From: Candidatus Latescibacterota bacterium
GTDB lineage: Bacteria > Latescibacterota > UBA2968 > GCA-2709665
Reading direction: 5' to 3'
Assembly (NCBI GenBank): GCA_965248435.1
Contig: OZ252100.1
Span: forward strand, 5,184,001-5,248,000
Length of the DNA: 64,000 nucleotides
This document shows, piece by piece, positions 1 to 9,275 of this stretch. A program made the position numbers and the translations under genes. Numbering within the stretch: the first letter of the stretch is position 1; each line of letters starts with the position of its first letter. The notes under the pieces were generated by a model that saw only the letters and a list, made by a program, of their open reading frames with translations, had not been told where the DNA came from and searched no databases.

Positions 1-348
1 GTGGTCGTGGACGGGATTGCACATCAAGTACATGAGCTTTATGGCGATGTTCCGCCCTCGCAGCAGGGCCCGGTTGACGGACATGATGTTTTCGTGGAGG
101 AAGATCTCCACCGTCTCCGCCGTGTCCGGCTCGACGTTGTCCGCAATCGCAGGCCGGGGCAGTTGGCTGGTCTCCCAGACCCCCCCAGGGGGGTCCCCGG
201 GCTTTCGATTTTTTGCCCAGACGACCTTCTGGCGCTCCAGAATGACTTCGAACCGGGCGCGCAGATCTTCCAGCCGGTCCAGGGGAATGACCTGAGGCAC
301 GATCACAAAGCCGTCTTCCTTGAACTGTTTCAGAAGCTCAGATCCCAT
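1..348 (-). CDS. Phytanoyl-CoA dioxygenase (PhyH) family protein, 5' part (runs off window start); paralogue of 3767-4951
   Basis: ATG at 348 with GGAGG RBS. It translates MGSELLKQFKEDGFVIVPQVIP..., nearly colinear with 3767-4951. Not in the ORF track because it is open at the edge. Confidence 0.85.
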   Translation of the reverse strand, partial: MGSELLKQFKEDGFVIVPQVIPLDRLEDLRARFEVILERQKVVWAKNRKPGDPPGGVWETSQLPRPAIADNVEPDTAETVEIFLHENIMSVNRALLRGRNIAIKLMYLMCNPVHDH

Positions 349-792
349 GAGGAACCCTCCCTGAATCGATGTTGCGGCAAGGCGTTTCTGCAAGTTCCTC
401 CGTAAGATACGACAGCGCTTTCAATTTTACGATGATCATTTCAGCTGAAGCCTCGAGGTTGGAGAAGGGGCCGAAGAGGGGGTGCTCGAGAAGGGACGAT
501 TTCTGAATCGCGAGTTCGTGACGGCGGGGTTGATCAGGAGAGTCTAGCCCTGGAGAGCAGGACGATCGCTCAGGGCGGGTCGACGTTAGAGGTTACGTCA
601 TTTCACGTAGCCCCTTTTTGTTTCTTTGGGTGCGGTCGATTCCGATCTGTTTCCAAGATCGGTCTTTGTGTAAATTACCACTCGGGAACGAACGAGGGTA
701 GAGAAACCGTCACCTTTCCATCGCGGACAGTGGTCCCTGTGCAGGGACACCGCAGCTGCTATCTTGGGAAATCATCTTCAGGAGGACAGAAC

Positions 793-1812
793 GTGGCATC
801 CGACATTACGACCACCGTCATCGGCAGCCTGCCCAGGCCCAAATGGCTGGTCCAGGACGACAACATCCGGCTCTGGCGGCTCAGCGGCGAGGCCCTGCAG
901 GAGGGGAAGGACGACGCGGCCCGATTGGCCATCCGCGATCAGGAAGACGCGGGCATCGACGTGATCACCGACGGTGAACAGCGCCGCATGCACTACATCA
1001 GCCGCTTCATTTCCTCGCTGTCGGGGATAGACGCCCAGCAATCGAACTACGCCGACGTGGAGGAGGGGACCGTGAACAGGGCGGCTCCCGTCGTCATCGG
1101 CGAGGTAAAACGCGAGCACGCTTACGCGATCGAAGATCTGCGCTTTTTGAAAGCACACACCGATCGGCGAATAAAGATGACCATGCCCGGCCCGATGACC
1201 GCGATGTACTGGCTCGAAAACGAGCACTACGACAACGAGGCCGACCTGGGCATGGCGTTGGCTGCGGCGCTGAACGAGGAGATGCGGGACCTTCAGGCGG
1301 GAGGATGCGACGTCATCCAGCTGGATGAACCGCAGGCTATCGGGCGTCCTGACGCCTTTCGGGAGTGGGGACGCGCGGCGCTCGACCTCGCCTTCGAGGG
1401 GATCGAGACGACGACCTGCGTTCACTTCTGTTTCGGCTTTCGGGTTGAAGTCAGCGAAACCCCGGTAATACGGGAACCGGAGCGGATCGAAACCCTGGCC
1501 AGTCTGCTTCCCGATATCGGTTCGTGTCGGTCCCGACAGTTCGCCTTCGAATGCGCGTGCAGCCGCATCGAGCCGGAGTTCTTTTTGGGACTCCCGGATG
1601 AAAAACAGGTCCTCTTCGGTCTCCTCGACATCGGGTGCACCGTTGTCGAAGAAGCCGAGCGTATCGCAGAAAAGATCAGACACGCAGCCAATGTCCTGGG
1701 TCGGGACAGGGTGTGGGCGGCGCCCGACTGTGGACTCGTCTGGCTGTCAATGCAGACGGCCAGAGCAAAGCTCCGCGCCCTGGTGGAGGGCGCCAGGATG
1801 GCATCTCGATGA
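793..1812 (+). CDS. Cobalamin-independent methionine synthase II family protein (single-barrel, half-MetE)
   Basis: Motifs TTVIGSLPRP, QEDAGIDVITDGEQRR, PGPMT, IQLDEP; Zn ligands in HFC and PDCG. GGAGG RBS before GTG at 793. Confidence 0.85.
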   Translation: MASDITTTVIGSLPRPKWLVQDDNIRLWRLSGEALQEGKDDAARLAIRDQEDAGIDVITDGEQRRMHYISRFISSLSGIDAQQSNYADVEEGTVNRAAPVVIGEVKREHAYAIEDLRFLKAHTDRRIKMTMPGPMTAMYWLENEHYDNEADLGMALAAALNEEMRDLQAGGCDVIQLDEPQAIGRPDAFREWGRAALDLAFEGIETTTCVHFCFGFRVEVSETPVIREPERIETLASLLPDIGSCRSRQFAFECACSRIEPEFFLGLPDEKQVLFGLLDIGCTVVEEAERIAEKIRHAANVLGRDRVWAAPDCGLVWLSMQTARAKLRALVEGARMASR

Positions 1813-1843
1813 CCTGCCTTGCTTGCCTGCACTTGACTGCCCT

Positions 1844-2698
1844 ATGGAATTGAATGTCAACCGGCTGTGCCCTGCTCTAGGGGCCGAGATCACCGGTCTG
1901 AACGTCGCCCGGCCGATGAGCGACGAGCGGTTCGCCGAACTTCGCCGGATCCTGTGCGAGAACGACGGCGTAGTCGTGTTGCGCGATCAACACCTGACAC
2001 CGGATCAGCACATCACTTTCAGTCGTCGCTTCGGCGAGCTGTTCGGCGACAGGGAACAATTGCAGGATACGGTCACCAAGTACCTGCTGCCCGGCTATCC
2101 GCAAATCTTTCGGGCGTCAAACAAAGTCGTTGATGGACAGCCGCAGGGCCGGACGCGGGCAGGCAACTACTGGCATTCGGACGTGTCATTCAGACCCCAA
2201 CCGGCCATGGTATCCTTGCTTTATGCGATCGAGATTCCGCCGCTGGGTGGAGACACCCTGTTCTGCAATATGTATTCAGCCTACGAGCAGCTTTCCGAAA
2301 CCATGCAGCGGTTTCTCGGCGGTCTGCGCGCTCGGCACGATTTCGCCGTCAACACCGTTGGATTTTCTCACGAAACCATCGCACAGCAGGACCTTGCCGG
2401 CGGCAACGCGTGCGAGCATCCGGTGGTGCGCACCCACGCAGAGTCCGGGCGCAAATGCCTCTTCGTCAACCCGGGTAATACCTCCCACCTTATAGGCTTG
2501 CACCCCCAGGAGAGCAAGAGACTGTTGGATTTTCTCTACGAGCACTGCACCCGGCCCGAATTCATCTTCCGGCACCGCTGGGAAAAAGACGATCTCGTTA
2601 TCTGGGACAATCGCTGTACCATGCACTATGCGATCGTGGACTACGACGACGACCGGTATATGCACCGCACAACAGTGATCGGCGAGCGGCCGGTCTGA
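1844..2698 (+). CDS. TauD/TfdA family Fe(II)/2-oxoglutarate dioxygenase
   Basis: LGAEITG, WHSD facial-triad motif, GGDTLF, HPVVRTH, WDNRCTMH, MHR. Confidence 0.9.
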   Translation: MELNVNRLCPALGAEITGLNVARPMSDERFAELRRILCENDGVVVLRDQHLTPDQHITFSRRFGELFGDREQLQDTVTKYLLPGYPQIFRASNKVVDGQPQGRTRAGNYWHSDVSFRPQPAMVSLLYAIEIPPLGGDTLFCNMYSAYEQLSETMQRFLGGLRARHDFAVNTVGFSHETIAQQDLAGGNACEHPVVRTHAESGRKCLFVNPGNTSHLIGLHPQESKRLLDFLYEHCTRPEFIFRHRWEKDDLVIWDNRCTMHYAIVDYDDDRYMHRTTVIGERPV

Positions 2699-2753
2699 GC
2701 TCACGCCTCAGTGGAAAAGGGTGCATCAAGGACCTGGATTGGAACAGACCTCT

Positions 2754-3713
2754 ATGGCCGACCACAGAGTCCTGGTCACCGACCACAACATCCACCCTCA
2801 GGGCCTCGATCTCCTCGAAGCGCACGGCGTCGAACTCACCGTCCTGCAAGCCTACTCATCCCCCGAAACCGTCCTGAAGGCCGCAGCAGACGTCGATGCC
2901 ATTCTTGCCCGTGTGTCCCGCATCACGGCGGACGTCGTCCAGGCATCCCCCAACCTCAAAATCGTCTCCCGCCACGGCGTGGGCTACGACAACGTCGACG
3001 CGTGCACCCGCCTGGGCATTGCCGTCACCATTTCCGGAGACGCCAACTCCGAGGCCGTCAGCGAATATGCCTTCACCAACCTCATGGCCGTCGCCCGCAA
3101 GCTCACGCAGGCCAACGCCGAGGTAAAATCCGGCCTCTGGAACCGCGACGGCATCGTCGGTGTCGAATTTCGCAGAAAAACCCTCGGCATCATCGGCCTC
3201 GGCCGTATAGGCTCCCGCCTGGCCAAACATGCCGGGGGCTTCGACATGGACGTCCTCGTCTTTGACCCGTATGCCGATCCAGGTGTTGTAGACGAACTCG
3301 GCGCCGAGCTGGTTGACCTCAAAAACCTGCTCCAACGCGCCGACTTCATCTCCCTGCACACGCCCCTCACCGACGAGACCCGGCACCTCATCGGCAAATC
3401 CGAACTCGACCTCATGAAACCCTCCGCCATTCTGGTCAACACAGCCAGGGGCGGCCTCATCGACGAAGAGGCGCTCTACGACGCGCTGCCCGGAAACCAC
3501 CCCCTCACCCGGCTTGACAACCTCATCTGTTCCCCCCACATCGCCGGCCAGACCGCCGAATCCCTCGTAAACATGTCCATCGCTGCGGCCCAAAACATCC
3601 TCACTATCTTCCGGGGCGACCTCCCCGACGTCCTCATCAACCGTGAAGTCCTGCAAAACACGACTCGGATTTCCTGGAAGGTTGCGCTCGAAAAGGACGA
3701 ATCCGGGAGTTGA
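2754..3713 (+). CDS. D-isomer 2-hydroxyacid dehydrogenase (SerA-like) with internal in-frame deletions; possibly inactive
   Basis: GVGYDNVD, GIIGLGRIG, ISLHTPLT, NTARGGLIDE and SPHIAG are present. The GAALDVFxxEP segment is absent. Confidence 0.8.
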   Translation: MADHRVLVTDHNIHPQGLDLLEAHGVELTVLQAYSSPETVLKAAADVDAILARVSRITADVVQASPNLKIVSRHGVGYDNVDACTRLGIAVTISGDANSEAVSEYAFTNLMAVARKLTQANAEVKSGLWNRDGIVGVEFRRKTLGIIGLGRIGSRLAKHAGGFDMDVLVFDPYADPGVVDELGAELVDLKNLLQRADFISLHTPLTDETRHLIGKSELDLMKPSAILVNTARGGLIDEEALYDALPGNHPLTRLDNLICSPHIAGQTAESLVNMSIAAAQNILTIFRGDLPDVLINREVLQNTTRISWKVALEKDESGS

Positions 3714-3766
3714 AGGCGGTGCGCTTCTGTAAAACCAGAGCCGCGTTGGGTAGTCTCTTTCCCGTT

Positions 3767-4951
3767 TCAGTTTTTCCAACCCGCGATGAAATCCTCGACG
3801 TCATAATCGGCTGGCATATCATAGGGGCAGAGGCGCGCAGGTTCGCTTTGGAAGCCCGACACGTATTGTTTCGCACCTGATTGAAGCTTTTCGTCAAGGG
3901 TCTCGAACCGCTGCCACATCGTCTCTATCTCGGAAAGGGTGAATCGGCCCGCGATTTCCTCGAACTGAGACCAGACCTGGCACGGTCCGTTGGGATCGAA
4001 TCGGATCTTCTTTGCCAGCCTCTCCAGGAGGGCTACGCAGACGATCTGTTCCTCTTTCGCCGGATGGAGGGCATCCAGACCCTCCCGGAAGGCGGGTTCG
4101 TCTCTTGCGATGAGTGCCCTGTAAGTAGAAGTCACTCGATCCAGTTCATCTTCCAGGAGTTCACGGGATCGCTTGAATGCGTTTCGAGATCCGGGTGACA
4201 GGTGCTCTGTGAAATCAAGATTCCATATCCGGGTTTGGGGATTGAGGGCATAGGCGGATCCGCCGAAGCTCCGATAATTCACGAGCAGGGTTCGTCTTAG
4301 CCTTGAGCTGTAGTCGCTTCCCCAGTGCTGGATGGTATTCGTATACACGACGCCATCGCCCGCCTTGAGATCCACCGGTGTACCGGTAGGGAGGGGTTCA
4401 CGCAGGCTTTCCAGAAGGCAGTGGTTCTCCTCATCCGTCATCGGCCTCCGGTGGCTTCCGGGGACCACCCAGAAGACACTGTCGTCGTAGAGGGCGATGT
4501 TCCACTGGACGTTGGCCGGGCCGTTGACCTGGAGGTCTTTCTGAAGGCCGCCGATCGGAGGCTGTTTGTCCGGGTGAATGTCGAAATGCCACCTGTCCGG
4601 ACCCCGGTCGCGGACGGGATTGCACATCATGTACATGATCTTTGGGGCGATGCCCTGCCCTCCCAGCAGTTCCCGATTGACGGACATGATGTTTCCGTGG
4701 AAGAAGAACTCCACCGTCTCTGCCGTGTCCGGCTCGACGACATCCTGAATCGCGGGCCGGGGCTGGACGCTGGTCTCCCAGACCCCGCCGGGGGGGTCCT
4801 CCGGCCCTCGATTCTTTGCCCAGACGACCTTCTGGCGCTCCAGACTGACTTCGAACTGAGTGCGCAGATCTTCCAACCGGTCAGGAGGAATGACCTGTGG
4901 CACGATCACAAAGCCGTCTTCTTTGAATTGCTTCAGAAGTTCGGATTCCAC
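3767..4951 (-). CDS. Phytanoyl-CoA dioxygenase (PhyH) family protein, long form
   Basis: FKEDGFVIV, WHFD, VVPGSH, LKAGDGV, distal His in QHWG. Confidence 0.85.
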   Translation of the reverse strand: MESELLKQFKEDGFVIVPQVIPPDRLEDLRTQFEVSLERQKVVWAKNRGPEDPPGGVWETSVQPRPAIQDVVEPDTAETVEFFFHGNIMSVNRELLGGQGIAPKIMYMMCNPVRDRGPDRWHFDIHPDKQPPIGGLQKDLQVNGPANVQWNIALYDDSVFWVVPGSHRRPMTDEENHCLLESLREPLPTGTPVDLKAGDGVVYTNTIQHWGSDYSSRLRRTLLVNYRSFGGSAYALNPQTRIWNLDFTEHLSPGSRNAFKRSRELLEDELDRVTSTYRALIARDEPAFREGLDALHPAKEEQIVCVALLERLAKKIRFDPNGPCQVWSQFEEIAGRFTLSEIETMWQRFETLDEKLQSGAKQYVSGFQSEPARLCPYDMPADYDVEDFIAGWKN

Positions 4952-5137
4952 GGGGAACCTCCCTGAGTTGATGTTGGAACAAGGCGGATCTGCCAGTCCT
5001 TCGTAAGGTACAAAAAAGCTTTCGATTTCACGAAGATCATTTCATCGGGGAGCCCTGGACGGGGTTTGCGTAGCGTCTCGTCACTGCGGGTTGCGCAACA
5101 GATGAGGTTAGGAAAAATATCTCGAGAGGCTTTACAT

Positions 5138-5175
5138 TAATAGTGAGACACAACCGTAATAGTGAGACACAACCG
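5138..5175. repeat. Perfect 19-bp tandem duplication (TAATAGTGAGACACAACCG x2)
   Basis: Read directly at 5138-5156 and 5157-5175. Confidence 0.95.
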
Positions 5176-5318
5176 TGTCATTCGCATAATGCATGTGTCA
5201 CGCTGGCCGGCGACGAGCCACGCTAAGCGCCGGTCAGCTTTCGGGGGCCGGACGATCGAGGTGTTCTGCCTTAATTACCCTGACTACCTGTTGTTTTCAT
5301 CCAGGGAGGTAATGTCAA

Positions 5319-6848
5319 ATGGGTTCGATCAAGCTGGGGAACCGGGACCACCATCACCTCATGTTTCAGGTGGATGAGGGTTTTCCGTTCACGACGCTCG
5401 AGGTTCCGGCATCCGTAGAGGAGTTCATCGAGCGTTCCGTCGGCTGGTGCGCGGACACGCACGTGAACATACTGGACTATCACATGCAGGGCGATGAGAC
5501 AAAGGATGAAGTCGGGGAGGGTGCCAAACCGCCTTACAACGACCTTTCAAAGTGGAGGCACGAGAAGCACAGTGAGCATTTTCAAGCGCAGGGTGTGGAC
5601 ACGACCGAGGAAACCATCAAAGCGACACGCAAGGCGGAGATGGCCTTTTTCGCCGGCATCCGCGTGAATGACGTCCACCACTGTGCCCGTGATCGACACC
5701 CGAGGTTCTGGGCCGAACACCCGGAGTTTCACATCGGTGAGGATTGTCCGATCGATGCGAGGTGGAAGGGCGCCCTGAACTTCGCCCACGCAGAGGTCCG
5801 GGACTACCGGAAGGAGGTCATTCGCGAGATCCTGGATCGGTGGGACGTGGACGGCGTGGAGCTGGACTTCAACCGCATGCCCACGCTGTTCAAGGCGGCG
5901 GAGGTGGACGCGAATCGAGACACGATGACCGCGTGGATCGGTGAAATCCAGGACCTGGTCCGTGAGGCGGGAGAACGTCGTGGCCATCCTATCCCGCTGG
6001 AGGTTCGCGTGCCCTCGGTCGCAGAGGTCTGTCACGGCATCGGCATTGACATCTTGAGATGGATCCGCGATGGGCTGGTGGATATCGCGACGTTTTCAGG
6101 CATTCGATACGCCGAGTTCGAGATGCCGATCGAGGAATGCGTCAAGGCTGCGGAGGGGTCTGAAACGCTCGTGTTCGCGGGCTTCGAGCCCCGCTCGCCG
6201 TCGCTCCTGGAGGTCGATATGTGGCGGGCCGTGGCGACACACTACTGGAAGGCGGGAGTAGACGGCCTTCACATCTTCAACGCGGGCAACTATTACTACA
6301 TCGAAGGCATCGAGATGCCTCACTTGAAGGAGATAGCCGATCCGGAGATGATGGCGCGGAGAGACAAGAAATACCAGGTGACGCGCCGTTTGGAGTGGTC
6401 GGGAAGAGAACTGCCGCAGTTCACCTATCCGAAGCAGCTCCCGTGTTCGTTGAAACTTTCACAGGGTGCAACGATCCGAATCCAGGTGAATGACGACATC
6501 GGCGCCGCCCGGCGGGACGGGAGTCTGACCCGGCTCACACTCCGGCTCAGAATCAACAACATTTCACCCCCCGACGAGCTGGAGGTGAAACTGAACGGCG
6601 AAAGTCTGCCGCAGGGTCAAACCGAGTTCAACATTTGGGGGCACGTCGCGCACGGGGCGGGGAGCTACACGAGAGGGCACTCGACGAGCGGGTGGAGAAG
6701 CGCCAAATGGATCGAGTATGACGTAACGGAGGGCCCCGAGATCCAGACGGGGGAGAACGAGGTGGAGGTGATCCTCAAGAAGAAGAATGAGGAAGTGACT
6801 GTCGAACTGGTAATCGACAATGTTGAGGTCCTGGTAACCTACGTGTAA
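5319..6848 (+). CDS. Glycoside hydrolase-like family 10 (GHL10/DUF187-like) TIM-barrel protein
   Basis: RVNDVHH, LNFAHAEVR, DVDGVELDF and GVDGLHIFN are typical of this family. GGAGG RBS. Confidence 0.6.
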   Translation: MGSIKLGNRDHHHLMFQVDEGFPFTTLEVPASVEEFIERSVGWCADTHVNILDYHMQGDETKDEVGEGAKPPYNDLSKWRHEKHSEHFQAQGVDTTEETIKATRKAEMAFFAGIRVNDVHHCARDRHPRFWAEHPEFHIGEDCPIDARWKGALNFAHAEVRDYRKEVIREILDRWDVDGVELDFNRMPTLFKAAEVDANRDTMTAWIGEIQDLVREAGERRGHPIPLEVRVPSVAEVCHGIGIDILRWIRDGLVDIATFSGIRYAEFEMPIEECVKAAEGSETLVFAGFEPRSPSLLEVDMWRAVATHYWKAGVDGLHIFNAGNYYYIEGIEMPHLKEIADPEMMARRDKKYQVTRRLEWSGRELPQFTYPKQLPCSLKLSQGATIRIQVNDDIGAARRDGSLTRLTLRLRINNISPPDELEVKLNGESLPQGQTEFNIWGHVAHGAGSYTRGHSTSGWRSAKWIEYDVTEGPEIQTGENEVEVILKKKNEEVTVELVIDNVEVLVTYV

Positions 6849-6884
6849 AGTCAGTCGAGCACATCACAGCCACAGGAGACGGAC

Positions 6885-8063
6885 ATGAGCATAGAGTCGA
6901 CACACTGGTCGAAGGACAGGAAATCGTTCGGTTACAACATTCCTGACGATCTCAAGTGCGATACCCTGGAAGATGTGCAGGACCCGCTTGCCAGAGCAGG
7001 CCTGGAGGTGGAGCGCGGTGAGACCCAGGTCATCATCTCCAAGGAAGACACGGGCAGGTTTGCCACAGGGAGCATCGTGAAGTTCCCCAATGGCGACTGC
7101 ATCGTCTCCAGCCAGAATACGCAGGTGCGTTCCAGCGACGGCGGCAAGACCTGGAGCAAAGTCAAGTCCCTGTTTTGTGACTATGCCTGCAACCTGTCCA
7201 GCGGTGAAACGGTCCATTTCGTCAGGCGCGACGGACTTTTCTGCGAGGCCGCACCGCCGGATGAGAAGAGCGAGGTGGACGGTTTCACAAAATCATTCGG
7301 GTGGCTGCTCCGTTCCAGCGACAACGGCCTGACGGAAGAGAGGGAGAGGGTCTCAATCCACGTGCCCGAGAAGCTCAAACTGAGCGCGATGAGCCACGCG
7401 AGGATACTGGAGCTGCGTGACGGCAGCCTGCTCGGGATCGACTACGGCAGTTTTGAGGGTGACGGCGCAGCGACGCTTGAAACGTGGTGCACGAAGGAGG
7501 GCGTCATATGGTCCCGGGAAGTCGACAAATCCCGGTGCTTTGCCATCCGCTCCACCGACCGGGGAAAGACCTGGCACTATCTCTCCACCGTGGCCTTCGA
7601 CCTCAGCAAAACCAACACGCTAACCGTAGGCGGCTTCACTGAGCCGGATGCGGTGCTCCTTCCCAACGGAGAGATCCTCTGCTTCATGCGATGCGTAGCC
7701 GGCGGTACCATCCGCCCGCTCAGAATGAGCATATCAAACGACAGTGGGAAATCCTGGAGCATGCCCCTCCCCGTCGCGGACCGCGGCGTGATGCCCTATG
7801 CAACCGTGATGCAGAACGGCGTCGTGGCCGTCATCTACGGCCGACCCTACAACTGGTTGATGTTTAGCCTGGACGAAGGACACACCTGGGTCGGCCACTT
7901 TCAGTTCTACCACGGTCCGAAGGCCTGGGACGCGTGGAACTACTGTGCCGTCGAGGAGGTTGCGCCAGACACCCTGCTGGCTGTCTACGGAAATGCCGAC
8001 CCCGACAACACGAAAGAGGGCGAACTGGTAGGTACCTTTTTCACGGTCAAACGAAAGGGCTGA
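6885..8063 (+). CDS. BNR/Asp-box repeat sialidase-family protein
   Basis: Five Asp-boxes: SSDGGKTW, SSDNGLT, STDRGKTW, SNDSGKSW, SLDEGHTW. Confidence 0.8.
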   Translation: MSIESTHWSKDRKSFGYNIPDDLKCDTLEDVQDPLARAGLEVERGETQVIISKEDTGRFATGSIVKFPNGDCIVSSQNTQVRSSDGGKTWSKVKSLFCDYACNLSSGETVHFVRRDGLFCEAAPPDEKSEVDGFTKSFGWLLRSSDNGLTEERERVSIHVPEKLKLSAMSHARILELRDGSLLGIDYGSFEGDGAATLETWCTKEGVIWSREVDKSRCFAIRSTDRGKTWHYLSTVAFDLSKTNTLTVGGFTEPDAVLLPNGEILCFMRCVAGGTIRPLRMSISNDSGKSWSMPLPVADRGVMPYATVMQNGVVAVIYGRPYNWLMFSLDEGHTWVGHFQFYHGPKAWDAWNYCAVEEVAPDTLLAVYGNADPDNTKEGELVGTFFTVKRKG

Positions 8064-8099
8064 CGAGAACAAGGAATGACTGGAGAAAGCGGACGCTCC

Positions 8100-8960
8100 A
8101 TGACAAAGCGCAGGGTCGTGCTTACAGGCGCAGCGGGGTATCTCGCCGACCGAATGCTGCCGGTCCTCCGGGAGCGCTACGATCTCGTCCTGCTCGACTT
8201 GCGAACGAGGAACCAGGAAGGGTGGGAGGTGGAGGGGATCGTCGAGGCCGATCTCCTCAGCCGCGACCGGGACACCTACCGGGAACATTTCCGAGGCGCA
8301 GATGCCGTGATCCACTGTGCGTTCATCCGCTGGGACCGATCGGACGTCGACTCCTACTTTTCGAGTGAGATGGGCAACGTGACGATGGCCTATAACATCT
8401 ACCAGGTCTGCGTCGAAGAGGACGTGAGGCGGGCCGTGATCTTTAGCTCCAATCACGCGGCGGACTACTACGAACAGTTGATCTGGACGGACCGGATGGA
8501 GCTTGTGACCCCCGATATGCGCCCGCTTTCCGACAACCTTTACGGTTGGGCGAAAGCCACCTACGAACACCTGGGCTTTGCCTTCGCGACCGGCGGCGTT
8601 ACCGGTGGTAGGAAACTGGAGAATGTTCAGCTGCGCATCGGGCACCCTCGCGAGATCGTCATAGAAGAAGCGGGAAGCCCGCCCGATCTGAAGAAACTCC
8701 ATCGTATACTGGGCGCCTATCTGAGTGTGCGGGACCAGCAGCAGTTGGTCATCAAGAGCCTTGAAACGGAAAACATAGAAGATGAACAGGGCGTGCCGTT
8801 TCAGATCTTTTATGGAATCAGCAGAAACACGCACAGATTCTGGAGCATTGCCAATGCGCGGAAAGTGATCGGCTACGCGCCCGAAGACGACAGCCAGATC
8901 CTGTTTGCTGAAGGGATTGCGAAGTTCATAAAGGCGGCCGGGGAAAGTGCTACTTCATAG
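8100..8960 (+). CDS. NAD-dependent epimerase/dehydratase (uronate dehydrogenase-like)
   Basis: VVLTGAAG, SSNHA, YGWAK, LRIG, YGIS, IGYAPED. Alternative start at 8076. Confidence 0.8.
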   Translation: MTKRRVVLTGAAGYLADRMLPVLRERYDLVLLDLRTRNQEGWEVEGIVEADLLSRDRDTYREHFRGADAVIHCAFIRWDRSDVDSYFSSEMGNVTMAYNIYQVCVEEDVRRAVIFSSNHAADYYEQLIWTDRMELVTPDMRPLSDNLYGWAKATYEHLGFAFATGGVTGGRKLENVQLRIGHPREIVIEEAGSPPDLKKLHRILGAYLSVRDQQQLVIKSLETENIEDEQGVPFQIFYGISRNTHRFWSIANARKVIGYAPEDDSQILFAEGIAKFIKAAGESATS

Positions 8961-9137
8961 ATAAATATCGTTACGAAGGACTTCTGCACAGCACTATGGT
9001 GGGGATCAGGGAAAATGGCGCTACTGGGCGTAGAGGAACAGCCTGCTGAAACAAGTTGACCGAGCCAGATAATGGGCGTAAGTTTCAAATGGCACCCTGT
9101 CGGGGGGTGTTTCCACACATCCATTTCCGTTGATGTC

Positions 9138-9210
9138 GGGGCTCAATGGTCCTTAGACCGGTTCACTATCTGGGAATCGGCAATGTGCTCTTGAGCCTTT
9201 TTTGTTTTTT
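9138..9210 (+). terminator. Multi-branched hairpin with long U-tract upstream of the Kelch gene (attenuator or terminator)
   Basis: GGGGCTCAA (9138-9146) pairs with TTGAGCCTT (9191-9199) around internal hairpins, and runs into the T-tract at 9198-9210. Confidence 0.5.
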
Positions 9211-9275
9211 GTTATGTAAACTGTCCAAGGACAGGCCAGCCACCGTGTTGGAAACATCTATAGGAGGAGGTCTCC

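Noticed and set aside
440-790. Cobalamin or SAM riboswitch upstream of the half-MetE gene
   Set aside because: No B12-box or S-box core found by eye; only an isolated hairpin near 642-662.
5138-5175. CRISPR array
   Set aside because: Two directly abutting repeats with no spacer, and no cas genes in the window.
9138-9199. tRNA gene, suggested by the cloverleaf-like fold
   Set aside because: Only about 62 nt, with no TTCRA T-loop, no proper D-loop GG or 7-nt anticodon loop, and no CCA.
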